In this document: one piece after another, positions 1-9,300 of the stretch
How the letters are laid out: every line of letters begins with the position of its first letter
Numbering within the stretch: the first letter of the stretch is position 1
Origin: Candidatus Saccharimonadota bacterium
GTDB lineage: Archaea > Nanohalarchaeota > Nanosalinia > Nanosalinales > Nanosalinaceae
Direction of reading: 5' to 3'
DNA: 32,000 nt
NCBI RefSeq assembly: GCF_029232205.1
Contig: NZ_CP107255.1
Location: 840,001-872,000, forward strand
Translations under genes and position numbers: made by a program
The notes under the pieces: model-generated
Database searches by the model: none
What the model was told of the DNA's origin: nothing
Seen by the model: the letters and a program-made list of their open reading frames with translations, nothing else

Positions 1-1104
1 GAATGGAAGCCTGAGCTCTCGGCCATTACGGAAACTGATAACGTTATCACGGTAGAGATCTCTTTCAAATATCCCTCGAAGGCCTGAAAGACACTCCTTA
101 TTCAGATATCCTTGCTGACGGTGATAGCCAGCGTAAAGCTGCTCGCTACCTAGGCCAGAAAACACGACTTGCTCGTTATCCTGATTCTTCTGCAATGCAA
201 AGTGGAAAGGCAGGGCCACACCGTTCTTGACTACGGAGGTAGATGAAATCCAGTCAACGATTTCAGGCAAAACCTCTTCCACTTCTTCAAGACTGGCTTC
301 GTAGGCCTCAAGTTCGATATCCATTTCCTCGGCAATTTCCTGGGCCCAGTCCATGTCACGCGGCGCATTAACATTTCCATGTTGAATGCCTGCAGTATAA
401 GCGGTGAAACCCTTATCAAGTTCTTGCAGAGCCGCAGCAATAAGAGTAGAATCGACACCACCAGAGAACAGAAGGCCTACATCTCCTTCAGGAACCCTCT
501 TCTTCACGGCCCCTAGGAACTTCTCCTTTATCTCTTCAGCAGCTTGATCAATCTCTATGGCCTCTTTCACATCTATTTCAAAGAATTCTCTCTGCTGGAA
601 AGAAACTTCATCTTCCTCAATATCATATCTAAGTATTCTGCGAGGATGTAGTTCTCGACACTCCAAACCTTCTTTTTCCAAGGCCTGTCTCTCCGATGCA
701 AAAACAAACTCTTCATCAGAGTACCAGACAGGATTGACTCCGAGAACATCTCTTGCAATTATAATTTCACCATCTTTCAGGTATGCAAATGCGTAGATGC
801 CGTCAACCTCTTCAAGGCCTTCCACACCTTTCTCATCAAGCAGCTTAAGGAGTGTTTCAGCATCGTTTTCTGTCTCCCAGCCGTATTTTTCGTTCAACTC
901 TTTCCAGTTGTATATTTCGCAGTTAGCGGAGAGAAGGCCTTTATCCTCGATAGGTTGGGAAAGTTCTCCAACTACTGAGTGAAGGTAGTGGCCTATAGCA
1001 AAGTTTTCTATTTCAACTGTTTCACAGGAGCTGCCTCTGTGACTTAGATGCTGATTCAGGGCCTTTACTGTTTCCCTGTTTTTTGCTCCTGTTATTCCGC
1101 ACAT
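1..1104 (-). CDS. asnB: Asparagine synthase (glutamine-hydrolysing), AsnB-like; C-terminal end runs off the window
   Basis: Absent from the ORF track because it has no stop inside the window. My reverse-complement translation from ATG 1104..1102 gives MCGITGAKNRETVKALNQHLSHRGSSCETVEIENFAIGHYLHSVVGELSQPIEDKGLLSANCEIYNWK, the Cys2 Ntn-glutaminase start. The same frame gives VGLLFSGGVDSTLIAAALQE at 480..421 (PP-loop SGGxDS) and DLYRDNVISFRNGRELRLPF at 60..1. Confidence 0.85.
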   Translation of the reverse strand, partial: MCGITGAKNRETVKALNQHLSHRGSSCETVEIENFAIGHYLHSVVGELSQPIEDKGLLSANCEIYNWKELNEKYGWETENDAETLLKLLDEKGVEGLEEVDGIYAFAYLKDGEIIIARDVLGVNPVWYSDEEFVFASERQALEKEGLECRELHPRRILRYDIEEDEVSFQQREFFEIDVKEAIEIDQAAEEIKEKFLGAVKKRVPEGDVGLLFSGGVDSTLIAAALQELDKGFTAYTAGIQHGNVNAPRDMDWAQEIAEEMDIELEAYEASLEEVEEVLPEIVDWISSTSVVKNGVALPFHFALQKNQDNEQVVFSGLGSEQLYAGYHRQQGYLNKECLSGLRGIFERDLYRDNVISFRNGRELRLPF

Positions 1105-1209
1105 ACTATCTTGGTTGCAGGTGAAGACTTTTGAGTCTGTAACAGAACCACTAAGTCAGAAATTTACCAGTAACAGCATTTTTATGATTTCAAGTTGTAA
1201 AACTGGCTC

Positions 1210-1578
1210 ATGAGCAAAATAAGGGATAGACTGGGCGACAGACTTGAGCCTGGAAACAGTTCAGGCATGGAACTGAACGAGGAAAAACTACTGGAAGAAG
1301 ATACCACACCAGATAGAGAAAACACAGTAAGCTACCCAATACACTATTCCGAAGGTGCCGAAGGAGATTACGTAACTTTAAACTTCTCAGATCCTGTAGG
1401 CAAAAAGACTCTAATCCCCGACTATACAGCAACCCGCGTATCAAACTCTGATTCAACGGAAGTCTGGAGCGTCGGAGCTGAAGAAGGAACAGTCGAAGTA
1501 GAAGTAGATTCAAACATCAAATCGAAAGATAAACTCGCCAATGCATTGAAAACAGCATACGACGAGGCAATAAGATAG
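1210..1578 (+). CDS. Hypothetical small acidic protein
   Basis: 122-aa ORF with the host-typical A-rich codon style. A TATA-like CATTTTTATGA at 1177..1187 lies about 25 nt upstream of the ATG (leaderless-type layout). No recognisable motif. Confidence 0.5.
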   Translation: MSKIRDRLGDRLEPGNSSGMELNEEKLLEEDTTPDRENTVSYPIHYSEGAEGDYVTLNFSDPVGKKTLIPDYTATRVSNSDSTEVWSVGAEEGTVEVEVDSNIKSKDKLANALKTAYDEAIR

Positions 1579-1581
1579 AAA

Positions 1582-2370
1582 CTAGTCGGTGCTGTAGTCA
1601 GCAGAGAAGTCGGAAAGGCCTTTCTGCGAGTTATCTATTGCATCGTATGAGTTAATGACGTCAGCCATTTCAACCTCTACGAACTCGAGCTCGCGGTCCT
1701 CAAGGTAGTCCAGAACTTTATCCGTCATCTTCGGCGCGACAAGAATTCCTCGGATAGTTCCCTGGAACTCTTCATCGATCTCATCCACATACCGCTGAAG
1801 CTGCAGAACAGTGTTGTAATCCGGATTCCTCTTCACCTCTATAACCACATAGTTATTTTCTTCATCACGGGCGAACACATCGATAAATCCTGCAGGAGTT
1901 TCTCTTTCACGTTCAATAACTTTGAGGCCCTCCTCCACTATTTCAGGCTCCTCTTCAATCGACTCATGTATATCTACTTCGTGGCCGGCGATCTTGAGCT
2001 CGGATTTATCCACTAACTGATCGACAGTCAGCAGATCGATCTCCTCAAACCTGACCTCCACTACTTCCTCAGGATTATTCCTCTTGGCCTCCAGAATCAG
2101 ATGATCGTTCTCCTCATCAACTTCAACACTGTAAGAATCGACCTCTGGCTGCCAGTTCTTCGGCTGATAGTTTTCAGGCCCGTGAACAAGTATTGCAGAA
2201 TCCTGCTTCTTGATCACAAGTCTCTCCCCACGATCAAGTTTTGACTTCGCACGGCCCTGATAGTTAACCGAGCAGAGGCCGTTAATCTGCACAGTGTACT
2301 CGCGTGAAAGGTATTCTGCTAGGACTTCTCTGGCCTCCTCAATCTCAGGGCTTTGCAAAAACTTCTCCAT
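1582..2370 (-). CDS. nucS: Endonuclease NucS/EndoMS (RecB-like nuclease fold)
   Basis: N-terminal domain VNYQGRAKSKLDRGERLVIKKQDSAILVHGPENYQPKNWQP and C-terminal nuclease core GFIDVFARDEENNYVVIEVKRNPDYNTVLQLQRYV match the NucS family. The track ORF extends to 2415. I prefer the ATG at 2370 (MEKFLQSPE...), which gives the usual ~260 aa and avoids overlapping the radC leader. Confidence 0.85.
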   Translation of the reverse strand: MEKFLQSPEIEEAREVLAEYLSREYTVQINGLCSVNYQGRAKSKLDRGERLVIKKQDSAILVHGPENYQPKNWQPEVDSYSVEVDEENDHLILEAKRNNPEEVVEVRFEEIDLLTVDQLVDKSELKIAGHEVDIHESIEEEPEIVEEGLKVIERERETPAGFIDVFARDEENNYVVIEVKRNPDYNTVLQLQRYVDEIDEEFQGTIRGILVAPKMTDKVLDYLEDRELEFVEVEMADVINSYDAIDNSQKGLSDFSADYSTD

Positions 2371-2451
2371 ACCTAGGCCTTGGCAGGAAATACTTTTTAC
2401 AGTTTCCAGCACCACAGGTTTAAACCTGTCTGGAAAATATTCTGGTTAGAG

Positions 2452-3117
2452 ATGGACTACACCATCAAGGAACTGCCGGAAAGCGAAAGGCCTAGAGAGA
2501 AACTCGAAGATCACGGCCCGCAAAAACTTTCGGACGTAGAGCTTCTCTCCATTATTCTCAGGACAGGCACTAAAGGGAAGAACGTGAAGGAACTCAGCTC
2601 CGAAATACTGAACGAACACTCTCTGGAAGAAATAGCTGACAGAGGCCTCGACGAAATGAAAAAATTCAACGGCATCTCAAGAGTAAAGGCCGGTCAGCTC
2701 CTTGCAGTAGGAGAACTCTCCAGGAGACTGAAGAAGGAGGAAAGAGAGAAAATTCAGGGCCTTGAAGATGTGAAGGCCCGGACAGGCGACATGAAGTTCA
2801 TGGAGTCGGAGGTTCTGCGAGTTTTCTACCTTAACTCGGGCAACGAACTACTTGCTGAAGAAGAATTTGAAGGCACTGTCTCAGAGGTAGGCCTTAACAC
2901 CAGAGAAATCTTCCAGGCCGCTATGAACTGTAATGCAACTGCTATAATTCTTTCGCACAATCATCCTTCCGGAAAGGCCTCTGCTACGGAACAAGATATA
3001 GCTGTGACCCGTGAAATTATTGAATTGGGTGAAGGCCTTGGTGTTCAGGTGCTTGATCATGTTATAGTTGGGGAAGATTTCTGGAGTATGAGGGAGAATT
3101 CGGAAGTCAATTTCTGA
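2452..3117 (+). CDS. radC: RadC-like JAB/MPN domain protein
   Basis: MDYTIKELPESERPREKLEDHGPQKLSDVELLSIILRTGTKGKNV is the typical RadC N-terminus. The JAMM-like HNHPSG motif is present (ILSHNHPSGKASATEQD). The track start at 2380 adds 24 non-conserved residues, so the ATG at 2452 is preferred. Confidence 0.85.
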   Translation: MDYTIKELPESERPREKLEDHGPQKLSDVELLSIILRTGTKGKNVKELSSEILNEHSLEEIADRGLDEMKKFNGISRVKAGQLLAVGELSRRLKKEEREKIQGLEDVKARTGDMKFMESEVLRVFYLNSGNELLAEEEFEGTVSEVGLNTREIFQAAMNCNATAIILSHNHPSGKASATEQDIAVTREIIELGEGLGVQVLDHVIVGEDFWSMRENSEVNF

Positions 3118-3154
3118 GTATTTGCGCAGGGTCTTTATAGGTGTTTTGCCGTCT

Positions 3155-3177
3155 GCCCCACGGTATTTAAAGTTTAC
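3155..3177 (+). promoter_or_regulatory. Putative BRE/TATA promoter of the rpo operon (GCCCCACGGTATTTAAAGTTTAC)
   Basis: A/T-rich TATA-like box preceded by a purine/GC element. It is nearly identical to the element upstream of rps12 (13775..13796). Its AAAGTTTA core recurs upstream of tuf, and a related AAGGTTTA upstream of rps10. Confidence 0.55.
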
Positions 3178-3229
3178 CTGAGGACTTGTATTTGTCTAAG
3201 ACTATTTTCTAGGCGGTGTGCAATCAATC

Positions 3230-3469
3230 ATGGCAATGGATGTAACTGACCACGTGGCGGTTCCGGAACACAGAAAAATGGATGAAGACGAAGTTGAAGA
3301 ACTTCTAGAAAAATTCGATACTAAAAAAGAAAAGTTACCTAAGATCGAGAGAACTGATTCTGCGATCAAAGGCCTTGATCCGGAAGTTGGCGACGTGATC
3401 GAAATTGTCAGAGAATCTCCTACCGCTGGAGAAACAACCTATTACAGAGAAGTTATTGAGAGTCGATAA
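3230..3469 (+). CDS. rpoH: DNA-directed RNA polymerase subunit H (Rpo5)
   Basis: HVAVPEHRKMDEDEVEELLEKFDTKKEKLPKIERTDSAIKGLDPEVGDVIEIVRESPTAGETTYYREVI is RpoH-like and sits immediately upstream of rpoB. The ATG at 3230 follows the SD-like GGCGGTG. A GTG at 3218 is an alternative start. Confidence 0.9.
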   Translation: MAMDVTDHVAVPEHRKMDEDEVEELLEKFDTKKEKLPKIERTDSAIKGLDPEVGDVIEIVRESPTAGETTYYREVIESR

Positions 3470-3472
3470 TCA

Positions 3473-4933
3473 ATGAACGAACAATTCCTGCAGCAGCTGA
3501 TCGATCGAAACATTGTAAAACACCAGATAGAGTCCTACAACAGGTTCGTGGACGAACGTATACAGAACATTCTCAACGAAGTCGGATCCATCGAACCAGA
3601 ACTACCTGATGGAGAAGACCTAGTAATCAAGATAGTAGACGTAGATATCAAGAGGCCTAAGATCAACGAAGCAGATGGATCTGTTCGACAGATCACACCT
3701 AAAGAGGCCCGAATGAGAGATCTTACCTATTCTTCAGAGATCAAAGTTACGATGACACCGATCTTCGAGGGAATCCAGCAGGAATCCGAAGAAGTTACCA
3801 TCGGAGAGATCCCAGTAATGGTTGGTTCCGAACTTTGCTGGACGTCAGAAATGGACGATGAAGAGCTCAGAGAAGCAGGAGAAGACCCAAAGGATCCAGG
3901 AGGATACTTCATCATCAATGGATCAGAGAAGACAATCATCTCCATGGAAGAAATGGCCAACAACAAGCCAATCTACCAGGAAGACGACGGAGAGCAGACC
4001 TGCAGAATTAACTCGGAGAACGAAGGATACGTTCAGAGACACATTCTGGAAAGAGACGACGATATCGTCGAGATCAGCTTTGCAAACGTAAAGAATACAC
4101 CAGCAATCGCACTGATCAGAGCTCTCGGTTACGAAACAGATAAAGAAATCGTCGAGCTTATCGGCGACGAATACGCATCCGACATCTACCTCAACCTTTA
4201 CGAAGTAGATGCATCAGACCAGGCAGAAGCCTTCGAATACATCGCAAACCGTGCAGGAGTCACAAACGACGTACAGGAAAGAGTTACCAGCATCCTAGAC
4301 GACTACCTTCTACCACACCTAGGACAGGAAGAAGAAGCACGAGACGACAAGGCCGAACTACTGGCAAACATGATCAGAAACACAATCGCACTCGGAAAAG
4401 GCGACATCAAAGAAGACGACATCGACCACTACGCAAACAAAAGACTCAACCTGGCTGGAGAACTACTGGAAATGCAGTTCAGATCAGTCTTCCTAGGAAA
4501 ATGGGGATTAGTCGCCAGAATGAAATACAACTTCCAGAAATCAGCAAAAAGAGGCCGACTACCATCACTACAGTCAACAGTAGTTGCAGACACTCTCAGC
4601 AAACAGATCATGGGAGCAATGGCAACAGGAAACTGGGTAGGAGGAAGAACAGGAGTATGCCAGAGCCTGGAAAGAAACAACCGTATCAAAACACTATCAC
4701 ACCTCAGAAACATTGTATCTCCACTGTCAAGCGACAGACAGCACTTCGAGGCCCGTGACCTGCATCCAACGCAGTGGGGCCGTGTCTGTCCAATCAAGAC
4801 ACCGGAAGGTATGAACATCGGACTGCGTACACATCTCGCTATGTCCGCTAACGTTTCAACCGGTATGAACGATATGGACAAGAACTCTTTGAAGGCAAAA
4901 CTTCAGGAAACCGGAATCAACGTGAGCCAATAA
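3473..4933 (+). CDS. rpoB2: DNA-directed RNA polymerase subunit B'' (N-terminal half of split Rpo2)
   Basis: 486 aa. The conserved RpoB segment HPTQWGRVCPIKTPEGMNIGLRTHLA lies near the C-terminus, and the gene sits between rpoH and rpoB'. Confidence 0.95.
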   Translation: MNEQFLQQLIDRNIVKHQIESYNRFVDERIQNILNEVGSIEPELPDGEDLVIKIVDVDIKRPKINEADGSVRQITPKEARMRDLTYSSEIKVTMTPIFEGIQQESEEVTIGEIPVMVGSELCWTSEMDDEELREAGEDPKDPGGYFIINGSEKTIISMEEMANNKPIYQEDDGEQTCRINSENEGYVQRHILERDDDIVEISFANVKNTPAIALIRALGYETDKEIVELIGDEYASDIYLNLYEVDASDQAEAFEYIANRAGVTNDVQERVTSILDDYLLPHLGQEEEARDDKAELLANMIRNTIALGKGDIKEDDIDHYANKRLNLAGELLEMQFRSVFLGKWGLVARMKYNFQKSAKRGRLPSLQSTVVADTLSKQIMGAMATGNWVGGRTGVCQSLERNNRIKTLSHLRNIVSPLSSDRQHFEARDLHPTQWGRVCPIKTPEGMNIGLRTHLAMSANVSTGMNDMDKNSLKAKLQETGINVSQ

Positions 4934-5010
4934 TGAATACTATGCGAATTCGTGAAAAACTAGTTGAGAAGGCAAAAGCCGCTAGAACAAGTTTCGAGAG
5001 GTGGGCCTAA
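4933..5010 (+). CDS. Candidate 25-codon micro-ORF bridging rpoB'' and rpoB' (MNTMRIREKLVEKAKAARTSFERWA)
   Basis: Its ATG overlaps the rpoB'' stop (TAATG at 4931..4935), and its TAA at 5008..5010 abuts the rpoB' ATG at 5011. The only support is this exact positional fit. Confidence 0.25.
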   Translation: MNTMRIREKLVEKAKAARTSFERWA

Positions 5011-6813
5011 ATGACCAAGGTATTCCTTGACGGAGAAATCCTTGGTGATGCAGAATCACCTGACGAAGCTCTAGAACAGCTAAAAGAAAAAAGAAGAAGT
5101 GGCGAAGTAGATCAGGAAGTCAGCATCTACTACGCAGAAGACAGAGACGAGATCAGAATCAACACTGACTCGGGGAGAGTTCTAAGGCCTCTTGTAATTG
5201 TAGAGGATGGAGAACCAAAGCTGACAGACGATCAGCTTGAAGACCTGAAAGAAGGAGAGATCTCACTCGAAGACCTGGAAGAGGAAGGAGTGCTTGAACA
5301 CCTCGATGCAGAGGAAGAAGAAAACGCATACGTAGCCCTCTCAGAAGACGAGGTAACTGAAGAACATACCCACATGGAACTTGATCCAGAGATTATCAAC
5401 GGAGTATCCGCATCACTGACAGTCTACCCTGAACACAACAGAGGAGACCGTGTCAACTTCGGAGCAAAAATGGCAGGCCAGGGACTTGGAATGCCAGCAA
5501 GAGAGTTCCACCAGAGATTCGACACACAGTCAAACATTCTAACATACCCACAGCAACCGATCGTGGAAACAAATACTTACGACACACTGGTAGGAGACCA
5601 CCCAATCGGCCAGAACATGGTTGTAGCACTCGCATCCTTCGACGGATACAACATCGAGGACGCAGTCATCATGAACCAGGACGCCATCGACAGAGGCGTA
5701 GGCCGATCAACATACATGAGAACCTACCAGACAGAAGCACAGCGATTCTGGGGAGGCCAGCAAGACGAAATCGGCATCCCAGACAAAGACGTCAGAGGAT
5801 ACAGAAGAGAAGAAGTATACACACACCTCGACGAAGACGGAATCGCAAACCCAGAGACAGAAGTAGACAGCGATGACGTACTAGTAGGAAAGACATCTCC
5901 ACCAAAATTCCTGGGATCAGGAGGCGGAGAAGAAATCCAGATGGGACTGGCAGACAGAAGAGAAACATCCCTAACCGTAAGACACGGAGAAAAAGGAAAA
6001 GTCGACAAAGTAATGGTCTCAGAAACAAGCGACGGAGACAAACTCATCAAAATGAAAATGAGAGAATACAGAGTCCCAGAGCTTGGAGACAAGTTCGCAA
6101 CAAGACACGGACAGAAAGGAACAGTCGGAATGACAGTTCCAGAAGTCAACATGCCTTTCACAAAACAAGGTATCACACCAGACATCATTCTCTCCACACA
6201 CGCAATCCCAAGCCGTATGACAGTAGCACAGCTAATCGAGCTCATGGCCGGAAAAGCCGGCGCAATGAGAGGAGAACCTGTCGACGGAACAGCATACCAC
6301 AACGAATCCAAAGAAGAAGTAAAAGACATGTTGGAAGAAATGGGATTCGAAAAAACAGGCAAGGAAACAATGTACAACGGCCTGACAGGAGAAGAAATGG
6401 AAGCAGAAATCATGATCGGCCCAGCATACTACCTAAAGCTAAGCCACATGGTTGGAGACAAGGTCCACGCAAGAAGCAGAGGGCCTGTCACACTGCTCAC
6501 AAAACAACCTACCGAAGGCCGCTCCCAGGAAGGAGGACTCAGACTGGGAGAGATGGAAAAGGACGTCTTCGTAGGCCATGGAGCCTCACTCCTACTCAAG
6601 GAGAGGTTCGGAGCTGACTCCACAGAAATCAAGGTATGTGAGAACTGTGGAGAAATCGCAATCGAAGACAAGGCCGAGAACAAACAGTACTGTCCAAACT
6701 GTGAGACAGGTGACCTCGGCGAAACCGAAATCCCACACGCATTCCTACTACTCATGAACGAGTTGAAATCCATGATGATGGACACAACACTCGAACTGGA
6801 GGACGAGGAATAG
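5011..6813 (+). CDS. rpoB1: DNA-directed RNA polymerase subunit B' (C-terminal half of split Rpo2)
   Basis: 600 aa with FATRHGQKGTVG, GGLRLGEMEKDV and a C-terminal zinc ribbon (CENCG...CPNC). SD GAGGTG at 4998..5003 lies 7 nt upstream of the ATG. Confidence 0.95.
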   Translation: MTKVFLDGEILGDAESPDEALEQLKEKRRSGEVDQEVSIYYAEDRDEIRINTDSGRVLRPLVIVEDGEPKLTDDQLEDLKEGEISLEDLEEEGVLEHLDAEEEENAYVALSEDEVTEEHTHMELDPEIINGVSASLTVYPEHNRGDRVNFGAKMAGQGLGMPAREFHQRFDTQSNILTYPQQPIVETNTYDTLVGDHPIGQNMVVALASFDGYNIEDAVIMNQDAIDRGVGRSTYMRTYQTEAQRFWGGQQDEIGIPDKDVRGYRREEVYTHLDEDGIANPETEVDSDDVLVGKTSPPKFLGSGGGEEIQMGLADRRETSLTVRHGEKGKVDKVMVSETSDGDKLIKMKMREYRVPELGDKFATRHGQKGTVGMTVPEVNMPFTKQGITPDIILSTHAIPSRMTVAQLIELMAGKAGAMRGEPVDGTAYHNESKEEVKDMLEEMGFEKTGKETMYNGLTGEEMEAEIMIGPAYYLKLSHMVGDKVHARSRGPVTLLTKQPTEGRSQEGGLRLGEMEKDVFVGHGASLLLKERFGADSTEIKVCENCGEIAIEDKAENKQYCPNCETGDLGETEIPHAFLLLMNELKSMMMDTTLELEDEE

Positions 6814-6825
6814 AGGTGATCAATC

Positions 6826-9300
6826 ATGAAGGATATTGAAAGCATCGACTTTGGAATTATGAGCGCAGAAAAACTTCAGAAACTCGCAGTCAAGGAAATC
6901 GACCAGGCAGAAGTCTACGACGCAGACGGATACCCAGTCGAAGACGGCGTAATGGATCCTGCGCTAGGAGTTATCGACCCAGGAATGACATGTCAGACCT
7001 GTGGTGGAAAAATCCGAGAATGTAAGGGACACTTCGGACTAATCACACTATCCAAGCCAGTAGCACACGTCATGTACGCAAAACAGATCAGAAACCTTCT
7101 CAGATTCACACACGTCAACGAGAACGGAAACGTGACCTGCCTGGCCAAGGACCTAGACAAAAACCTGCGAAAAAGCAACAGAATGAAAGAAGACCCTGAA
7201 ACAGGAGAAGAAGTACCGGAAGTCGATCTAGACAAACCATACTCATACAAGATCGACGGAGAAGAAATCAAACCGGACGAAATCAGAGAAAGACTATCCA
7301 AGATCCCAGACGACATAGCAGCAGACCTGGGAATGGAGGGCGCAAGACCTGAAGACCTTATCCTGACACACGTACCGGTACCGCCGGTAACAATGAGGCC
7401 TTCAATCACACTGGAAACAGGAGAAAGATCTGAAGACGACATCACACACAAGATGGTTGACGTCATCAGGATCAACAAGAGACTGCAGAACAACATCGAA
7501 ATCGAGGCCCCAGACTTCATTATCGACGACCTCTGGGAACTACTGCAGTACCACGTAGCAACAATGTTCTACAACGACATGAGCAGCGTGCCACCAGCAA
7601 GACACAGATCAGGAAGAAGCCTCAAATCCGTCATGGAAAGAGTACAAGGAAAGCAAGGCCGCTTCCGACAGAACCTGATCGGAAAACGTGTAAACTTCTC
7701 CGCAAGAACAGTAATCTCCCCAGACCCAAACATCGGGATCAACGAAGTCGGAGTACCATTCCTAGTAGCAAAGAAACTATCAATCCCAGAAAAAGTAACA
7801 GAAAGAAACTGGGAACAAGTCAAAGAATGGATGGAAAACGGGCCTGACACACACCCAGGAGCAAACTACGTATACCAGCCAGACGGCTCCAGAAGAAGAA
7901 TTACAGATGAAAACCTTGAAGACCTACTGGAGGCCATCGAACCAGGAGAAGGATGGAAAGTCGAAAGACACCTGAAAGACGGAGACACCGTACTATTCAA
8001 CCGTCAACCATCCCTACACAGAATGTCCATCATGGCCCACGAAGTCAAAGTACTACCGCACAGAACATTCAGACTGAACCTGAACGTATGTGCACCGTAC
8101 AACGCAGACTTCGACGGTGACGAAATGAACCTGCACGTACCACAGACAGAAGAAGCACGTGCCGAAGCAGAAGAACTGATGAAAGTACAGGAACACATCA
8201 AATCGCCGAAGATGGGAGGCCCAATCGTAGGTATGCTACAGGACTACGTGTCCGGACTATACCTGCTAACACAGCCAGACAGAACACTCAGCAGAGAAAA
8301 AGCATTCAACCTTCTTGCTGAGGCCAACGAATACGAGAAAGAACTTCCAGACCAGGAAGAAATCTCAGGCCGTGAGATTGTCTCAATCTTCATCCCAGAC
8401 GACATCTCCCTCACAATCAACGAAGACGATGACAACACAGTAATCATCGAAGACGGAGAACTAGTCGAAGGAGTACTGGACGAAGACGCACTCGGAGACT
8501 ACGGAGGAGAAATCATCCAGCAACTAAGCATCGAATACGGAAGCGATAAAGTTGCAGAATTCCTCAACCGTGTCTCAAGAGTAGGAGCAATCTTCCTAAC
8601 AAAGAGAGGATTCTCAATCGGCCTCGACGACCTCGAAGTACCAGACGAAACAACCAACAAGATCAGAAACCTAGTAGAGGAAACAGTCGAAGACACAGAA
8701 GAAATCATCAAGGAATACGAAAGAGGAGAAATGGAATCCATCACAGGAAAAACCATTGAAGAAACAAGAGAAATCAGGGTGACAAAAACACTCAACGAAG
8801 TATTCACGGACATCGGAGACCTCGTAAGAGACGAAATCGACGATGACTCATCCGCATACATCATGGCAGACTCAGGAGCAAGAGGCTCCCTACAGAACGT
8901 TACAACCATGGCAGGCCTACTAGGCCAGAACTCTGTAAGAGACCAGAGAATCAACCGTGGATACAAAGACAGAACAACATCCCACTTCAAGAAAGGAGAA
9001 CTTTCACCAAAATCAAGAGGTTTCGTAGGATCCTCAATCCTCGGAGGCCTCGACGAAGTAGAGATGTTCTTCCACCAGATGTCTCAGAGAAAGGCACTGA
9101 TGGACAAGTCACTCCGAACAAAGACATCCGGATACATGTATAGAAGAGTATCCAACTCCCTACAGGACCTGACAGTCGAAGAAGACCAGTCAGTAAGAAA
9201 CGCACAGGGAGACATCGTCCAGTTCAGAGCTGGAGAAGACGGAGTGGACCCACAAAAATCTGATAGAGGCCTTATCTCTACAGACATTGAAACGAGGTGA
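6826..9300 (+). CDS. rpoA1: DNA-directed RNA polymerase subunit A' (Rpo1N)
   Basis: 824 aa with the N-terminal zinc motif CQTCGGKIRECKGHFG and the catalytic YNADFDGDEMNLHVPQ. SD GAGGTGA at 6813..6819. Confidence 0.95.
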   Translation: MKDIESIDFGIMSAEKLQKLAVKEIDQAEVYDADGYPVEDGVMDPALGVIDPGMTCQTCGGKIRECKGHFGLITLSKPVAHVMYAKQIRNLLRFTHVNENGNVTCLAKDLDKNLRKSNRMKEDPETGEEVPEVDLDKPYSYKIDGEEIKPDEIRERLSKIPDDIAADLGMEGARPEDLILTHVPVPPVTMRPSITLETGERSEDDITHKMVDVIRINKRLQNNIEIEAPDFIIDDLWELLQYHVATMFYNDMSSVPPARHRSGRSLKSVMERVQGKQGRFRQNLIGKRVNFSARTVISPDPNIGINEVGVPFLVAKKLSIPEKVTERNWEQVKEWMENGPDTHPGANYVYQPDGSRRRITDENLEDLLEAIEPGEGWKVERHLKDGDTVLFNRQPSLHRMSIMAHEVKVLPHRTFRLNLNVCAPYNADFDGDEMNLHVPQTEEARAEAEELMKVQEHIKSPKMGGPIVGMLQDYVSGLYLLTQPDRTLSREKAFNLLAEANEYEKELPDQEEISGREIVSIFIPDDISLTINEDDDNTVIIEDGELVEGVLDEDALGDYGGEIIQQLSIEYGSDKVAEFLNRVSRVGAIFLTKRGFSIGLDDLEVPDETTNKIRNLVEETVEDTEEIIKEYERGEMESITGKTIEETREIRVTKTLNEVFTDIGDLVRDEIDDDSSAYIMADSGARGSLQNVTTMAGLLGQNSVRDQRINRGYKDRTTSHFKKGELSPKSRGFVGSSILGGLDEVEMFFHQMSQRKALMDKSLRTKTSGYMYRRVSNSLQDLTVEEDQSVRNAQGDIVQFRAGEDGVDPQKSDRGLISTDIETR

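Noticed and set aside
231-982. Short ORFs 231..461(-), 557..796(+), 573..758(-), 797..982(+)
   Set aside because: All lie inside the continuous asnB reading frame on the minus strand (1..1104), which carries clear Ntn-glutaminase and PP-loop motifs.
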